Assembly: GCF_016432865.1 (NCBI RefSeq)
Contig: NC_067401.1
Span: 478,950,001-479,014,000, forward strand
Direction of reading: 5' to 3'
Length of the DNA: 64,000 bases
From: Antechinus flavipes
Lineage: Eukaryota
In this document: positions 18,201-46,868 of the stretch, piece after piece
Layout: each line of letters begins with the position of its first letter
How positions within the stretch are numbered: the stretch's first letter is position 1
The notes under the pieces: generated by a model
The model's database searches: none
Seen by the model: only the letters and a program-made list of their open reading frames with translations
Told to the model about the DNA's origin: nothing
Made by a program: the position numbers and the translations under genes

Positions 18201-21200
18201 TTCCCCTTATCCACTCCTCTGAGAACTTTGCCTCATATCTCATTGGAACAATTGAGGTCATTCACTAAGAGCTCCTTCTCCTCCCTGCCTCTTGATTTCC
18301 CCTCACTGGATGCCTTTCGCCACCATCTCTGCCTTCACCTGACTCAGAGAAGAGCCCCTTCTCCTGGCCCACACAAACTCCTCTGGCTGTACAAGGGCCT
18401 CTTGTCTTCCTCTGGCTGACTGCCTCTTTGATCCCCACTCCCTCTCTCCCAGAGCCCCTCCCCTGAGTCTCCATCCCCACTCATTCTCCATCCCTTTCTA
18501 ACTAAGCTCCTCCTCAAGTTCCTTTCCCTCTGGCTTCCGGCCTCATTCTCCCGCCCGGAATGCTCTCCCAAAAGTCACACACGAAGTCACTAATCACCAA
18601 ATCCCGCAGAGGGCTTCGATGCCCGTCCTTCTTGGACGTTGTTGGCCATCTTCTCCAGCTTTTTTGTGACAGTCATGAGGGGGACGGGGGGATGGAAGGG
18701 CTCCTGGAGGAGGGAGTGCCGAAGCTGAGCTTTACTCCTGAACCTTGGAGGGAAGGGAGGAGGAGACAGGAGGGAGCACAGGATGACTGCTGGCTCCCAT
18801 TTATAGCTGAGGAGCTCTTTGCTCCGGGCTCTTTGTCCCCGGCACCAGAAAAGTCTCAGAAAGCTGGAATAGCAGAGGGGGCTGCAGGGCCGAGACTTTT
18901 CCTCCAAGACCCCTCCTAGGGGTGGGAAACAGATGTGTGAAGGCCCGCTTGCAAGCCCAGCATTCTGTCTTGGTTTTCCCAGGCCTTCCAGCTCCCATAC
19001 TTCAAGGCATCTTACCACTGCTCAATATCTATTACCTGGAGAGGGCTGAGCAAGCAGCCCAGAAGAAAGGTGAGCCGGCACCCTTACCCCAAATGGAGAG
19101 GTTGGCTTTGCCCCCTGACCAGTAATGGCCACCTTCACCTGGATAGGACGTAGGGCTGTGGGTATAGGGGACGGACCTGGGTGTCCCTATATTCATTCCC
19201 CAGGAGGAGTGATCTGAGACTTAGAGACACTAGCAGGGATGTGGGTGGGAGAGAGTGCCACCGGATGCCAGGGAGAGCTCCTGCGCAGTCTGAGGGGCAG
19301 CTGGAACGACAGGGCACATGGTCTTTCTGCCCCCCACAGGCCTCTCTACACAGACTATCTGGATTCAGCTCTGGGACGATGTGATGAGGACCAGGCCCCC
19401 CCGTTCTGAGGTGAGGGAGGGTCTTCTGCCAGCCCCCCCTTGGCACTGAGGTGCTACAGAGCCATGCTGACTGGGGCTGCCGGGGCCCCCTTGCTCACTC
19501 GGCGGTTAAGGGAAGGAGACAGCCGAGGTCAGGGCGGGGATGCCTCTGGGGAACCCAGACCCCCTTCCTCCACACACTTTTGCTCCAGTCCTGGACCCTG
19601 AGGGATCTGTCCCCAAGAGAGCAGGAGCCCTGCCCAAAGATGTGCCAGCCTCTCCAAGGCAGCCCTGCCAGGGTCCCACCCAAAGATGTGCCCGCTGGGA
19701 ACACGGCAGGGTCAGGGATGACCGGAGGGGTGCGGCTCACGGGTTGTCTCTCCTCCCCTTGGGCCGCAGAGTGTGCCCTGCTGGCGGGCCAAGTTCCTGG
19801 AGACCTTCTTCTGCCACGTGCTCCGAGGGACCCTCGACCCGGCCTGCGACTGGCGCCTCCAGGACAGCCGCTTCTCGGCCCTGCAGCACAGCGCGCCCTA
19901 TGTCTCCCAGCTCACCATCTGCAACGCGCTGCAGGGAGTGGGGGAGCTGGTGGCCGAGGCCCAGCGCGAGGCTCTGGAGATCCTGGCCCGCTCCCTGCAC
20001 ACGCTCAAGTTCCGGCACCTGCTCTTCTCGGACGGGGCCGCCCAGCAGGCCCTGAGGAGGCTGCTGCACCGACTCATTCACCACGGGGCCGTCCAGCAGG
20101 TGTCCATGTACTCCTGGCCCGTGCCCGAGACCGCCCTCTTCATCCTCATCCTCACCATGAGCGCGGGCCTCTGGCAGCCGGCCCCCTGCGACGGGCCTTG
20201 CGGCCTGTGTAGGGCGGACTCCCTGGAGCGGGCCCCGGCCCTCGGTGAGCCCGCGTTCTTGCTGGCGCCCGGCCAGCCACGCCGGGACACCGCAGAGCGG
20301 TCGGCAGCCGCCCTGATGGCCACCCGCTGGGAGACGGAGGCCAGGGAAGCTCAGGAACAGGCCATGCTGGTGCAGGAGAGCCGGACGCTGGGGGAAACGG
20401 GCCCCGGGAGTCCTCCGACTCCGGCCAGCGCGCCTCTGCCGGCCCAGGCGGCTCCCAGGAGGAACAGTTCGTGCTCCCACCCCTGGCAGGGGCCCAGTAC
20501 GGAGCCAGATGACCTCTACGACTTTGTCTTCCTCATTGCCAGTGAAAAAGAGGAGCAGGACGAGCCCTCGGGGGCCTGGGAGCCCGGCGGCAGGGACCTG
20601 CCCTCTCTGGACAGCGCCCAGCGCTTCCGCAGCATCTCCTCTCTGGAGCTGTTCACCATCCCGCTGTCCACGGAATCGACGCTCGTCCTGTGCCACCTGC
20701 TGCGCTCCTGGGTGTCCCTGGAGAAGCTCACCCTCTCCTATAACGGTGAGTAAGGCGTCCGCCCGAGAGGCGGGTCTGCCTGATTGCCCCGCGTGTCCCA
20801 CGGCACAGCGCCAGCCAAACCCACCCCCGTCCGGTCCCTTTGGGTAAAGGGCCGGGACTCTGAGTTGGTGCCCTGAGGTCGGACCAGGGAGCACTTGAGG
20901 CTCACTACTGACTGCACAATACCCTGTGGGCATGTGCTCGGCGCTTCCCCCTCTCCTGTGCGGGATACAGAGAACTGCGGGAGGGACGGGGGGTGGGGTA
21001 AGAGGAGCCAGAGTCACTTTGGCAGCAGAGGGGAAAAGGCAGAGATCCTGGGTCCTTCACTTCTCCCCCTAAAGACCCAGGACTTTTGCTTCTCCCGACT
21101 CCGGCTGATTCTAAGGGGTCCAGGGCTAACGCGCTCTTCTCCCCTTTGGAATAAGAAGCCCCTACAGTTCGTGGGCTTGGTCCCACCGATGAGGTGCAGG

Positions 21201-24200
21201 CAGACCCTTGCGATGACCTCTGGGAGAAATGGCCGTCCTGTTGGGCTGGGTCTGTCTTGGATACCGCGTCCCATGTCACTCCAGGCTCTCGGGGACCACT
21301 CAGACTGGGCCAGGCTCCTAACGTGGGGGTCACCCTGGGAGTAAAGTTGAATTAGCGCCCCCTGGGCTGGCCTGAGTTGCTTCTGCAGAATTCTCCTGAG
21401 GGCTGGCTCCAGGTAGAAGTCCCAGTAGACTTTCAGCTGCCTAGAAAACTGCCAGCTCAATGGGACTGAAGTGCAGGCTGCTCTCAATGTGGAGCGCTTG
21501 CCCTTGTGGTTCTGTTGCAAGACTCGGACTGAGCTGGAGGCTGGGAGCCCCCGATGCTGCTGGCCTCTGAACTCGTTCCTAGCTCGGTTCGCAGCCTGGC
21601 CTGTGACCCCTCCTCACCCTGGGCACTCTCCCTCCCCCAGTGCACCAAGGTCTGGATCTGGAACCAAGTAGCCACAGAAAAGCTGCGGTTGTTCCGTTCC
21701 CAAAGCCGACACGAGGTTCCCTTTTTATGGAGTTGGGAATCTCCTGGTCTGGGGCATAGCCTCCGTCCTTTCTCAGTTCCTGCACACTGGAAGCCTCCCC
21801 GGCCAGGGGGTCCCGGCCAGACCCTAACCCTGTTAAATGAAGGTGAACAGAACCCTGGGAAAGAGCCATCCTTGCCATCCTAGGTGGACAAACGTGCCCG
21901 AGCAGGGCCAGGAAGCCTCCCAGGGCACTGTTCTTTGGGCCTGGATTGAGGAGCCAAGATCAGATCCTGCCTCTGGTGCTTTCCAGCTGTGGACTCTGCA
22001 AAAGTCACAGCCTCTGAGCCTTATGGTTCCTTCCTATAAAGTGGGAACAACTGCACTACCCGTCCCACAGGGCTGTTTGTGGGAAAGTACTTTGTAAGCC
22101 TTAAAGTGCTGGATAGAGATAGTTATTTGTGCTTCTTACCAGCGTCTGATCAGGGAAACGGACCTGGGAATAGGGCCATAAAGACCGGGAAGGAAAGTAT
22201 CCATCCCTCCTTAGGACCCCCTGCTTCTGGCGTGACCGGAAATTGCCATCCCGCTGGGGCAACATAATGGGGCAGTAGGTAGAGCACTAGGCCTGACATG
22301 AGGAAGACCCGAGTTCAAATCTAGTCCCAGACATTAGGAGCTGTGTCACCCTAGGCAATATTTCACTGCCTCAGTCTCCTCATCTGTAAAATAGTGATAA
22401 TATAGGGCTTGCCTCGAAGAGTTTTATGAGGATCAAATGAGGTTTTTATAAATGGCTTAGCACAGTGCTCTGCCTGCACATACTGGGTGCTTAATAAATG
22501 TTTGCTTCCTTCCACTGCAGGGCTGGGCTCCAACATTTTCTACCTGCTGGAGGGTCTGCAGGCCCTCTCAGCCCAGGCCAGCTGCCGCCTCCGCTCCTTC
22601 CACTTCACTGATCTCTTCTCCCCGCTGTCTGTGCTGGAGCTGGCCCACACCACCCTCAGGGTCCTGCCCAGGCTGCACATCCTCGCCATCCGGATTGACC
22701 ATCTGAGCCCAGAGGACAGCCCCAGGGCCCCCAGCAGCTCTAGTACTGAGACCGGGCACGAGGACATTCCAGGTGAGGGGGTTGTGGAATGGGGATTTGG
22801 GCAGGCTGGGAGCCTCTGATCCCAGGCGCCGCCCAGGACAAGGAAGGTGAGCCAGTGTCCTGTGCCCTCCAGAGTCCCCTTGTAGTGTTAAGTTATGGAT
22901 GTGCAGAGTCCTTTACAAACTCCTGAGATCTTTGTGGGATCCTACAGATCCCACAGAGCTGCAAGGGATCCTGGAGGCTGTTGGGGGGGAACAGATAGGA
23001 ATGAAGCTCAGAGAGGGGCAGCGGCAGCTTCTGGGGAGCTCTGTGGCCCACTGTGTGCCTCCAAGGCTGGGTGGCCTCCTGGCACCTGGGCCCCTGACCT
23101 CCTGCGTGGAGCTGCCTCGATCACCATTTGTGCCCTTAAAGCCCCTCCTCTGTAGGGGCTGAGCTTCAGGACCAGCCTGGGGGCCCACTGGCCAGAGGGG
23201 AAGAAAGCCGACTGTCCTGGGGGCCTGCAACTTTCCACCCTCCCTCTCTTTCTGGCAGAGAACTGCCTGAAGCAGCTGGAGCTGGCCTTTCCCCGCAGGC
23301 CGCAGGCCAGCAAGTGCCTGTGCCAGGTCCTGGAGGCATCGCCCGCCTTGCAGCAGCTGGCCCTGGACAGTGCCACCTTCACCTCTCCCCGGGAACTGGG
23401 GCTGGTGCTCCAGACACTGCGAGGTATCACCCTGCACGGGGGACGGGACGGACCCAGCGGGGAGGACTCGGGGGCCCCAGCGTGGGCTGCCCCACTCAGC
23501 CCCAAAGGCTGCCTGCCCTGTCCCTCCACCCCTCAGAATGCAATCCAGCCCTGCAGAAGCTGAGCTTCCACGACATGAATCTCGCTGACTGCCAGAAGGA
23601 GGTGCTCTTGCTGCTCCAGGACCCCAGCCTTCGAGGTGAGCTGAAGAACTGGGAATAGGCCAGGAGGGGCGGAAGCAAGGGACTGAGAATCAGGAGGATC
23701 TGCTTCTTCCTAGCGAGTCACCCTCTCTGTACCTCAGTTTCCCCATCAGTAGAACGAGGGGTTGGACTCAGTGGCCTCTGATCTCCTCTCTAGCTCTAGA
23801 TTTATTCTGTAACCCGGGGCCAGAAGCTGGCCTGAGAGCAGGCCGGCCCAAGCTCCCCTCTGGTTCTCCCACAGAGCTCACCCTGTCCTTCTGCCGCCTG
23901 CTGGAGAAGCGCCGGACCCACTTTCTGCCCAAGTTGGTCACAGCCATGAAAAGCAATTCCACTCTGAAGAGTTTCCGGGTGCCGGGGAACCGCCTGGGTG
24001 AGTGCGGTGGGGCTGGCCGGGGCTGCTCCAGGAAAGGGCCGGGCAGCCTGGCCTCCTGGGAGACTCAGCCTCTCTCCTTCTCCAGGGAGCTCAGGCCTCG
24101 TGGCCCTGGCTGAGATCTTCTCTAGTGACTCCTCCTCCTCTCTCTGCCAGCTGGACATCAGGTATGTGGTTGGAGTGGGGGAGCCAGCCCCACCTCCCCT

Positions 24201-24471
24201 TCTTTCAGGGCCCCTTCCTGACTGACCCTCTCCCCTCCATCTCAGCTCCAATTGCATCAAGCCAGACGGACTCCTTGAATTTGCCAAGCAGCTGGAGCAG
24301 AGCCACCCAAACCGTGGGACCTTCGGCCACCTCTGCCTCTTCCAGAACTGGCTGGACCAGGACCCCGGCATGGCCGAGGAGGCCATTGGCCGGCTGCGGG
24401 CCACGTTCAGTGTGGTTAGTGACACGTGGGACTCCTCCCAGGCCTTTGCCGACTATGTCGGTATGATGTGA
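15226..24471 (+). CDS. LRRC41: LRRC41 (MUF1), leucine-rich repeat protein with N-terminal BC-box (10 coding exons, 754 aa)
   Basis: Exons: 15226-15415, 18983-19069, 19340-19410, 19770-20745, 22521-22772, 23259-23423, 23537-23635, 23875-23997, 24086-24161, 24246-24471. Total 2265 nt, in frame. Motifs: [76 protein letters not shown]. The start could alternatively be the ATG at 15289. Confidence 0.95.
16100..16970 (+). mobile_element. L2 LINE internal fragment, resuming at ~18185-18560
   Basis: CT-rich sequence containing tgaacaaagctgaagaaaatcatgaaacc...ctactacaaatttatgttac, which resembles marsupial L2 ORF2. Confidence 0.6.
16975..18180 (-). mobile_element. L1 fragments: two stacked 3' UTR ends plus the ORF2 C-terminus
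   Basis: ORF 17791..18021 reads [36 protein letters not shown] (L1 ORF2 C-terminus). The 3' UTR tail is repeated at ~16980-17260 and ~17280-17520. Confidence 0.85.
22270..22505 (+). mobile_element. MIR/CORE-SINE with L2-type tail
   Basis: agctgtgtcaccctaggcaa...gcctcagtctcctcatctgtaaaat...ttagcacagtg...ttaataaatg. Similar CORE-SINE pieces lie at ~7370-7445, 11224-11330, 11530-11618, 46485-46620, 48590-48720, 52899-53035 and 56008-56155. Confidence 0.8.
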
Positions 24472-24763
24472 CTGTGGCCTTCTCGAAGTCCCTACCCTAG
24501 GCCAGGATGCACAGGACTCCAGCCACACTTCCCTCCAACCCTGACTCCCAGCAGAGCTTGGGAGGTAGAGTATGGCACCAGAGGCCCAAGTTCTGGCCCA
24601 GGTCACTGATCTCATCCTCGGCAGAGTAAGAGGAAGCAGGCAGAGCCTCTATCTGCTCAAGGATCAAGGGAAACACCCCCAGAGCCGCCCTCTCTCCCCC
24701 GGAATGGTCCACCCAGAGTCTGCGCCATGCTCTTGACTCTGCCACCAGAGAGTTTTTAATGCC

Positions 24764-24769
24764 TTTATT
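24764..24769 (-). terminator. Probable RAD54L poly(A) signal AATAAA
   Basis: First minus-strand AATAAA, about 320 nt after the stop. Confidence 0.6.
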
Positions 24770-24797
24770 ATTTCTGTGCCTTTTTTACATTTCTAAA

Positions 24798-24803
24798 AAT
24801 AAA
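24798..24803 (+). terminator. Probable LRRC41 poly(A) signal AATAAA
   Basis: First plus-strand AATAAA, about 330 nt after the stop. Confidence 0.6.
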
Positions 24804-25087
24804 AATCTATTCTGCATACCCCGGCCTCCTAGCCACGTGGCTGACTCCTCTCTCAGCTTACGGGCAGCAGGGGCAGGGAGCAGTGCAGGCAGGGAGCCCT
24901 AGCTGGGGCAGCAAGCACAGGCAGAAAGCCTGTGCTTTTCTGCCCAGCCCGGCCACTCAACGGCCTGGCCCAGCTTGGCCCTGGACTCCCCCCAATCCAG
25001 CCCCAGCCCCCCAGGCCCACTTCTGGCTCCAAGCTCACCAGGTCCAGCCCAGTTCGGCTCCCCCCAGGGCCAGTGCAGTCCCAGGGT

Positions 25088-42434
<17,347 letters not shown>

Positions 42435-42437
<3 letters not shown>

Positions 42438-42515
42438 CCCGACTCCAAGGGGGGGACCTTCAGGTCCCCATGGATCTGACAGCCTCGCGGAGTCTCGGGG
42501 CCGGGAGGGCGGGTC
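42435..42515 (-). other. RAD54L: RAD54L ATG-bearing, mostly 5' UTR exon (probable)
   Basis: Acceptor tcccttcttgcag at 42516 and donor ATG|gtgag at 42434. A strong donor TGG|gtaagc at 43850 may close an upstream non-coding exon. Confidence 0.55.
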
Positions 42516-43519
42516 CTGCAAGAAGGGATGACGATGGCGGATGGCAGGGGCCCGAGCCATAGGAGATGCCCGGGCCGGCAGACGCGGAGAAGGAAGGGCG
42601 CCGACGGGAAAGAATCCCCAGCTCCGGGGGCAGCAGCCCCCCGAGAGCAACGAGGACAGGCGCCCAGGGCTCACGTTCGGGGGTGAGCGCTCAGAAATTA
42701 CCCCGGCCAAACGCTTGGTCAGAGGCTCTCCCACAGCCCGCGGGGAGGGCTCGGTACCGGAGGCCCAGCCCTAGGGACCTGCCCAAGCTAACACTGAAGG
42801 CCAGACCCGAACTCCAGGGCTCTTGGGCAGCTGCTGGGGCTGGGGGCAGCCGGGGCCGTCCTCTCCCCGCTCCCGGCTCCGCACCCACATTCTCAGGGCT
42901 ATTTCTGGGGTCCTCAGCCCTCTCCTGACCTCAAGCCTCTGCCTCCTGGGAATCTCAGGCAGGATGTCCTGAAGACGCCTCAGACCCAGACCCAGGCCCA
43001 AGCTAACGGCATCCCCCCTGTGACAGCCCCTCCCCGCCCCATTACTACCCTCAGGCCTTCTGGGCTCTCTCATGTCCAGGCCTGGCCCCCTCTCCCGCTG
43101 CCCCCAGCCGGGGCAGACCCGCCAGGAGCTGTTGGGGGATGGGCGCATGGGGGGAGCCCTGCCACCCTGAATCCCCCCACATCTGATCCTCCTCCTTCAG
43201 CCACCAAAGTGATTTTCCTAAAGCTCTGGGCCGATCCCATCACCTCCTGGGATCATCCCATCACCGCCAAGAGAAAAGACAAAAGTGCTGCGATTGGGCA
43301 TTCAAAGCTCCTCCCCAGCCCAGCCCCGCGCCTCTAAGCTCGGGGACCCTTCGCTGGCTGCCCGCCTGGGACTCCCTGGCGCTTCGATGCGGCCTGGCCC
43401 ACAGGAGGTGCTTAACCAGGGCTTGCGGACTGCCAGCCACCGACCCTCGGCGCTGAGCCACCTCTGGGGGCTGTCGGGCCCTGTCCCTCTCCGGGCCTCA
43501 GTTTCCCCGGCGGTCAAGG

Positions 43520-44120
43520 CCAAGTCTTGGTGACTTCTGAGGTCCCCCTCCCAACGGGGGCCTACGGCCGCGGTCCCACGCCCTCCCTTCCCTCCAGGGC
43601 CTCCGGTTCACTCTCGGTAATAAGCTCCCGCAGCCTGCTTTCGGTCCCGGTCCCGGTCCCGGTCTTAGTCCAGGCCGGGTCTCAGTCCCGATCCGCTCCC
43701 AGCCCCGGATCCGGCCCCGGGGTCACCCCGACCCGCATTTCCAGCCCTCAGCTCCCGCACACCCCAGTTACCGCTTCTCACATCCCGCATCACCCGCCGG
43801 AGCACGAATTCCCGCCCCCAACGATCCCGGCCAATCGGGTGGCGGCTTACCCAGCGCGGCTATCCATTGGCTACGTCTCTGGCAAGCGTCATTGGATGGG
43901 GGCGGGGCCGAAGGCTCGTTGGGCGCGAGCGAGATGAAGGAGGAGCCAATACGCAGGCGCAGGTGGTTGTGGCTATAATCTGGCCCTCGGGAGAGGCTGG
44001 GTTTTTTCATTATGAAGGCGTCCTTGCAGAAAGGCTTACTCGCCGGCGGGCTCACGTAGGCCTGGGTACGCTCGTTGCTGCCAGTTCGCGCCACAGACGG
44101 GACAGAAAACAGGCCTCCTT
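43520..44120 (-). promoter_or_regulatory. RAD54L CpG-island promoter, cell-cycle type
   Basis: CCAAT/ATTGG boxes at 43831, 43866, 43891 and 43946. GC box GGGGCGGGGC ~43899. E2F-like TTCCCGCC 43809-43816 and TTCGCGCC 44085-44092. Confidence 0.75.
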
Positions 44121-44959
44121 CCTTTCCATTCCCTTCTGTCTTGTATCCCTGCCAGCCATTACGGGATCCAGAGAAACAATCCGGTCCCGGGAGGGGGCTT
44201 GGGTTCTAGCCCTTCTCTAACGCGTCCCGCCTGTGGGGTCCTGGACAAGCCACCTGGCCTGCCTGTAAATGAGATTGGACTCTGTGGTCTCCAAAGCTCC
44301 TTACCCTTCCGGACCCGGAGAGCGTGCCAGAGCTCCCAGAAACTAAGGACAGCTGCAGTCTGCTTGGCTGGGGAGGGGGAGGGGAGCGTCTCCACCCGAG
44401 TCTGTCCTTCCGTCCCGTTGTATAGGTATCTCTAGGAAGTAGATAAGCCTTTAGGACTGCCGGGAGGCTTGGAGAAGACCGGCGTGCTGGTAGTTCTGAG
44501 CCCGGCCCTATTTATTCTCTTGGACGCCACAGCTGTTCAGTCCAGCAAAATGCAGCCAAGACTGCTGGTTTGGGAGTTAGAGCACCTGTTCTTCCACTTC
44601 CACCTTATGACCTTAAGTAATTCATATTTCTCTTTGCCTCCGTTTCCATATATATTGAGTCAAAATTTCCTATAAATGAAGTATGGTCCTTCCAGCTATT
44701 CATCTATTATTCTTATTTATATATTGTCATTTTCTGGACCAAGGGATTAAAGACTGGAACAAAATCAAAGATTTCCAAAGATTTTGATATATGGTTTTTA
44801 AAAAATAGATTTGTGTTGATAGGTTTTGTTGATAGGGAGCTGTATCACTCCTTTCCCCTTCTCAGAGAGACATCCCTCATAACTTGTTTTTTAAAGATAA
44901 AGAAGAAAAATAAAACAGGAGTCTAGGAGACTAGAAAAATATTCAGTTGAAATCATGAC

Positions 44960-45400
44960 TGTGAATATGAATTAGACGGACCTGTCTATAAAACAGAAGA
45001 GAACAGCAAAATGGATTAGAAAACATCATCTAACAATGTTTACAAGAAATTCACTTGAAATAAATATTTACACAGAATTGAAATAAGGGACTAAAGCAAA
45101 TATATTATTGTGCTGCAAAACTCAGAAAAACAGGGGTAGCAATCATAATTTCAAACAAAGAATAGCCTTAAAATAATCAGAGAAACTATATTTTATTGGA
45201 AGATGCTATATGAATGAATGAATGACTTCAATGAATTATTCAGTTCAATGAATTGTTTAAATACTTAGCATGTATACAATGACTGGAATATCATCTAAAA
45301 GGGAAAGGGAAAGCTAAGCAAGTTACAAGAAGAAATAAGAGAATGAAACTTCAACACTGGGAGATCACAGTGTATCCCTTTCAGAACTAGACAAAACTGA
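44960..45400 (+). mobile_element. Old L1 ORF2 5' (endonuclease) remnant
   Basis: A-rich, with aatcatgactgtgaatatgaat...aaatggattagaaaac...caggggtagcaatcataatttcaaac. Multiple stops. Confidence 0.6.
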
Positions 45401-45733
45401 TTATCTGACAGTGCATATAATGTTCTATACTCATGGAACCTCTTCAGAGCATTAGGGGGACGTGTCATCTAATATCTCTTCTTTAAACTTGCTTTTTATA
45501 ATTTCACAACATTCATTTCAATAGTTTTATGGTTGTTCTTACATTTATAGTTATAGTTATTGCATATATTGTATTCCTAGCATTGCTTGCTTTACATTTA
45601 TCAGTTCATGTAAGTTTTTCCACACTCCTGTTCCTTTATTTCTTACAGAACAATAACATTCCATTATGTTCATGTGCCAGTTTCTTTAGTTGCCAATATA
45701 TGGGCATCTATTTTATTTCCAATCCCCCCCCCC

Positions 45734-45876
45734 TTTTTTTTGCTAAGGCAATTGGAATTAAGTGACTTGCCCAGGTCTCACAGCTAGAAAGTATTAAGTG
45801 TCTGAGACCAGATTTGAACTCAGGTCCTCCCAATTTCGGGGCTAGTGCTTTATTCATTGTACCACCTAGCTGCCCC
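45734..45876 (-). mobile_element. WSINE1-like marsupial SINE
   Basis: ttttgctaaggcaattgg..taagtgacttgccc...gatttgaactcaggtcctcc...ccacctagctgcccc. Related pieces lie at ~46950-47060 (+) and ~61930-61980 (-). Confidence 0.8.
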
Positions 45877-46682
45877 TGAATTCTACTAAAGTATTACTAT
45901 ATTTTGGTGCACATGGAACCTTTTTTTTTTGTCAGTTACTTCCCTGATCCATATGCCTAGCAGAGGAATCTCTAAGTCAGTGCCTGGATATTTTAGTTAC
46001 TTTCCTTGAATAATTTCAATTTGCTTTGCAGAATAGTTGTACCAAGTTATGGCTCCTCCAGCAGACCATCAGTGTGCTAGTCTTCACAATTTCTCCAAAA
46101 TCATTATCTTTTATCATCTTTCCACAATTTTCTGAATGTGAAGGGTTATTTGGATTTTCATTGCTCTGGGGATTAGTGATCTGAGCAGTCTTTCAGTGGT
46201 TGTTGATAGTTTGCAATTTTGTCTTTTGAGAACTGTTCTCATCTTTGCTGGGGATCAATACCTTAAATATTAAATCTTATGGGGTTTTTCTCAGTCTCCA
46301 GCCCTTTTCTCTCTGCTGTATGTGGCAGTCTTATTCAGAGTGCTCTCTCCTAAGTTTTCATGGCATTATTCTTTTTGGTCCTCTTCCAGCTCCATCCAGC
46401 ACTCTGTTCATCATACACTTAATTGCCTGTCTACAGGTCATCTTATTTAAGTCTTCTGGGAATCCTGTGAAGTAGGTGCTATTGCTATTCTCTTTTTAGA
46501 AATGAGAAAACCAAATAAGAAAGAAGTGAATGATTTGGCCAAAGTTACACAGCTAGTGAGTGTCTGCGGCAAAATTCGAACTCATTTCTTTCTGATTCTA
46601 AGTCTAGCCCTAAACACACCTCATTTCAGTCTCTCCCTTGAGCTCCAGGACTATATCACCAACTCCCTACTGAACAGCCTAG

Positions 46683-46868
46683 CAGGGGTCCTCAAACTTT
46701 TTAAAGAGGGAGCCAGTTCACTGTCCTCAGACTGTTGGAGGGTCGGACTATAGTAAAAACAAAAACTTTGTTTTGTGGGCCTTTAAATAAACTTCATAGC
46801 CCTGGGTGAGGGGGATAAAAGTCCTCATCTGCTGCATATGGCCCCAGGCCATAATTTGAGGACCCCTG
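46683..46868. mobile_element. 186-bp non-autonomous hAT MITE, OposCharlie1/OC1-like
   Basis: Terminal inverted repeats CAGGGGTCCTCAAACT ... AATTTGAGGACCCCTG (15/16 match). It interrupts an L2. The 8-bp TSD is imperfect (cagcctag / gccttgag). The family name is from recall. Confidence 0.8.

Noticed and set aside
19737-21017. 426-aa minus-strand ORF
   Set aside because: Antisense shadow of the GC-rich LRRC41 exon 4.
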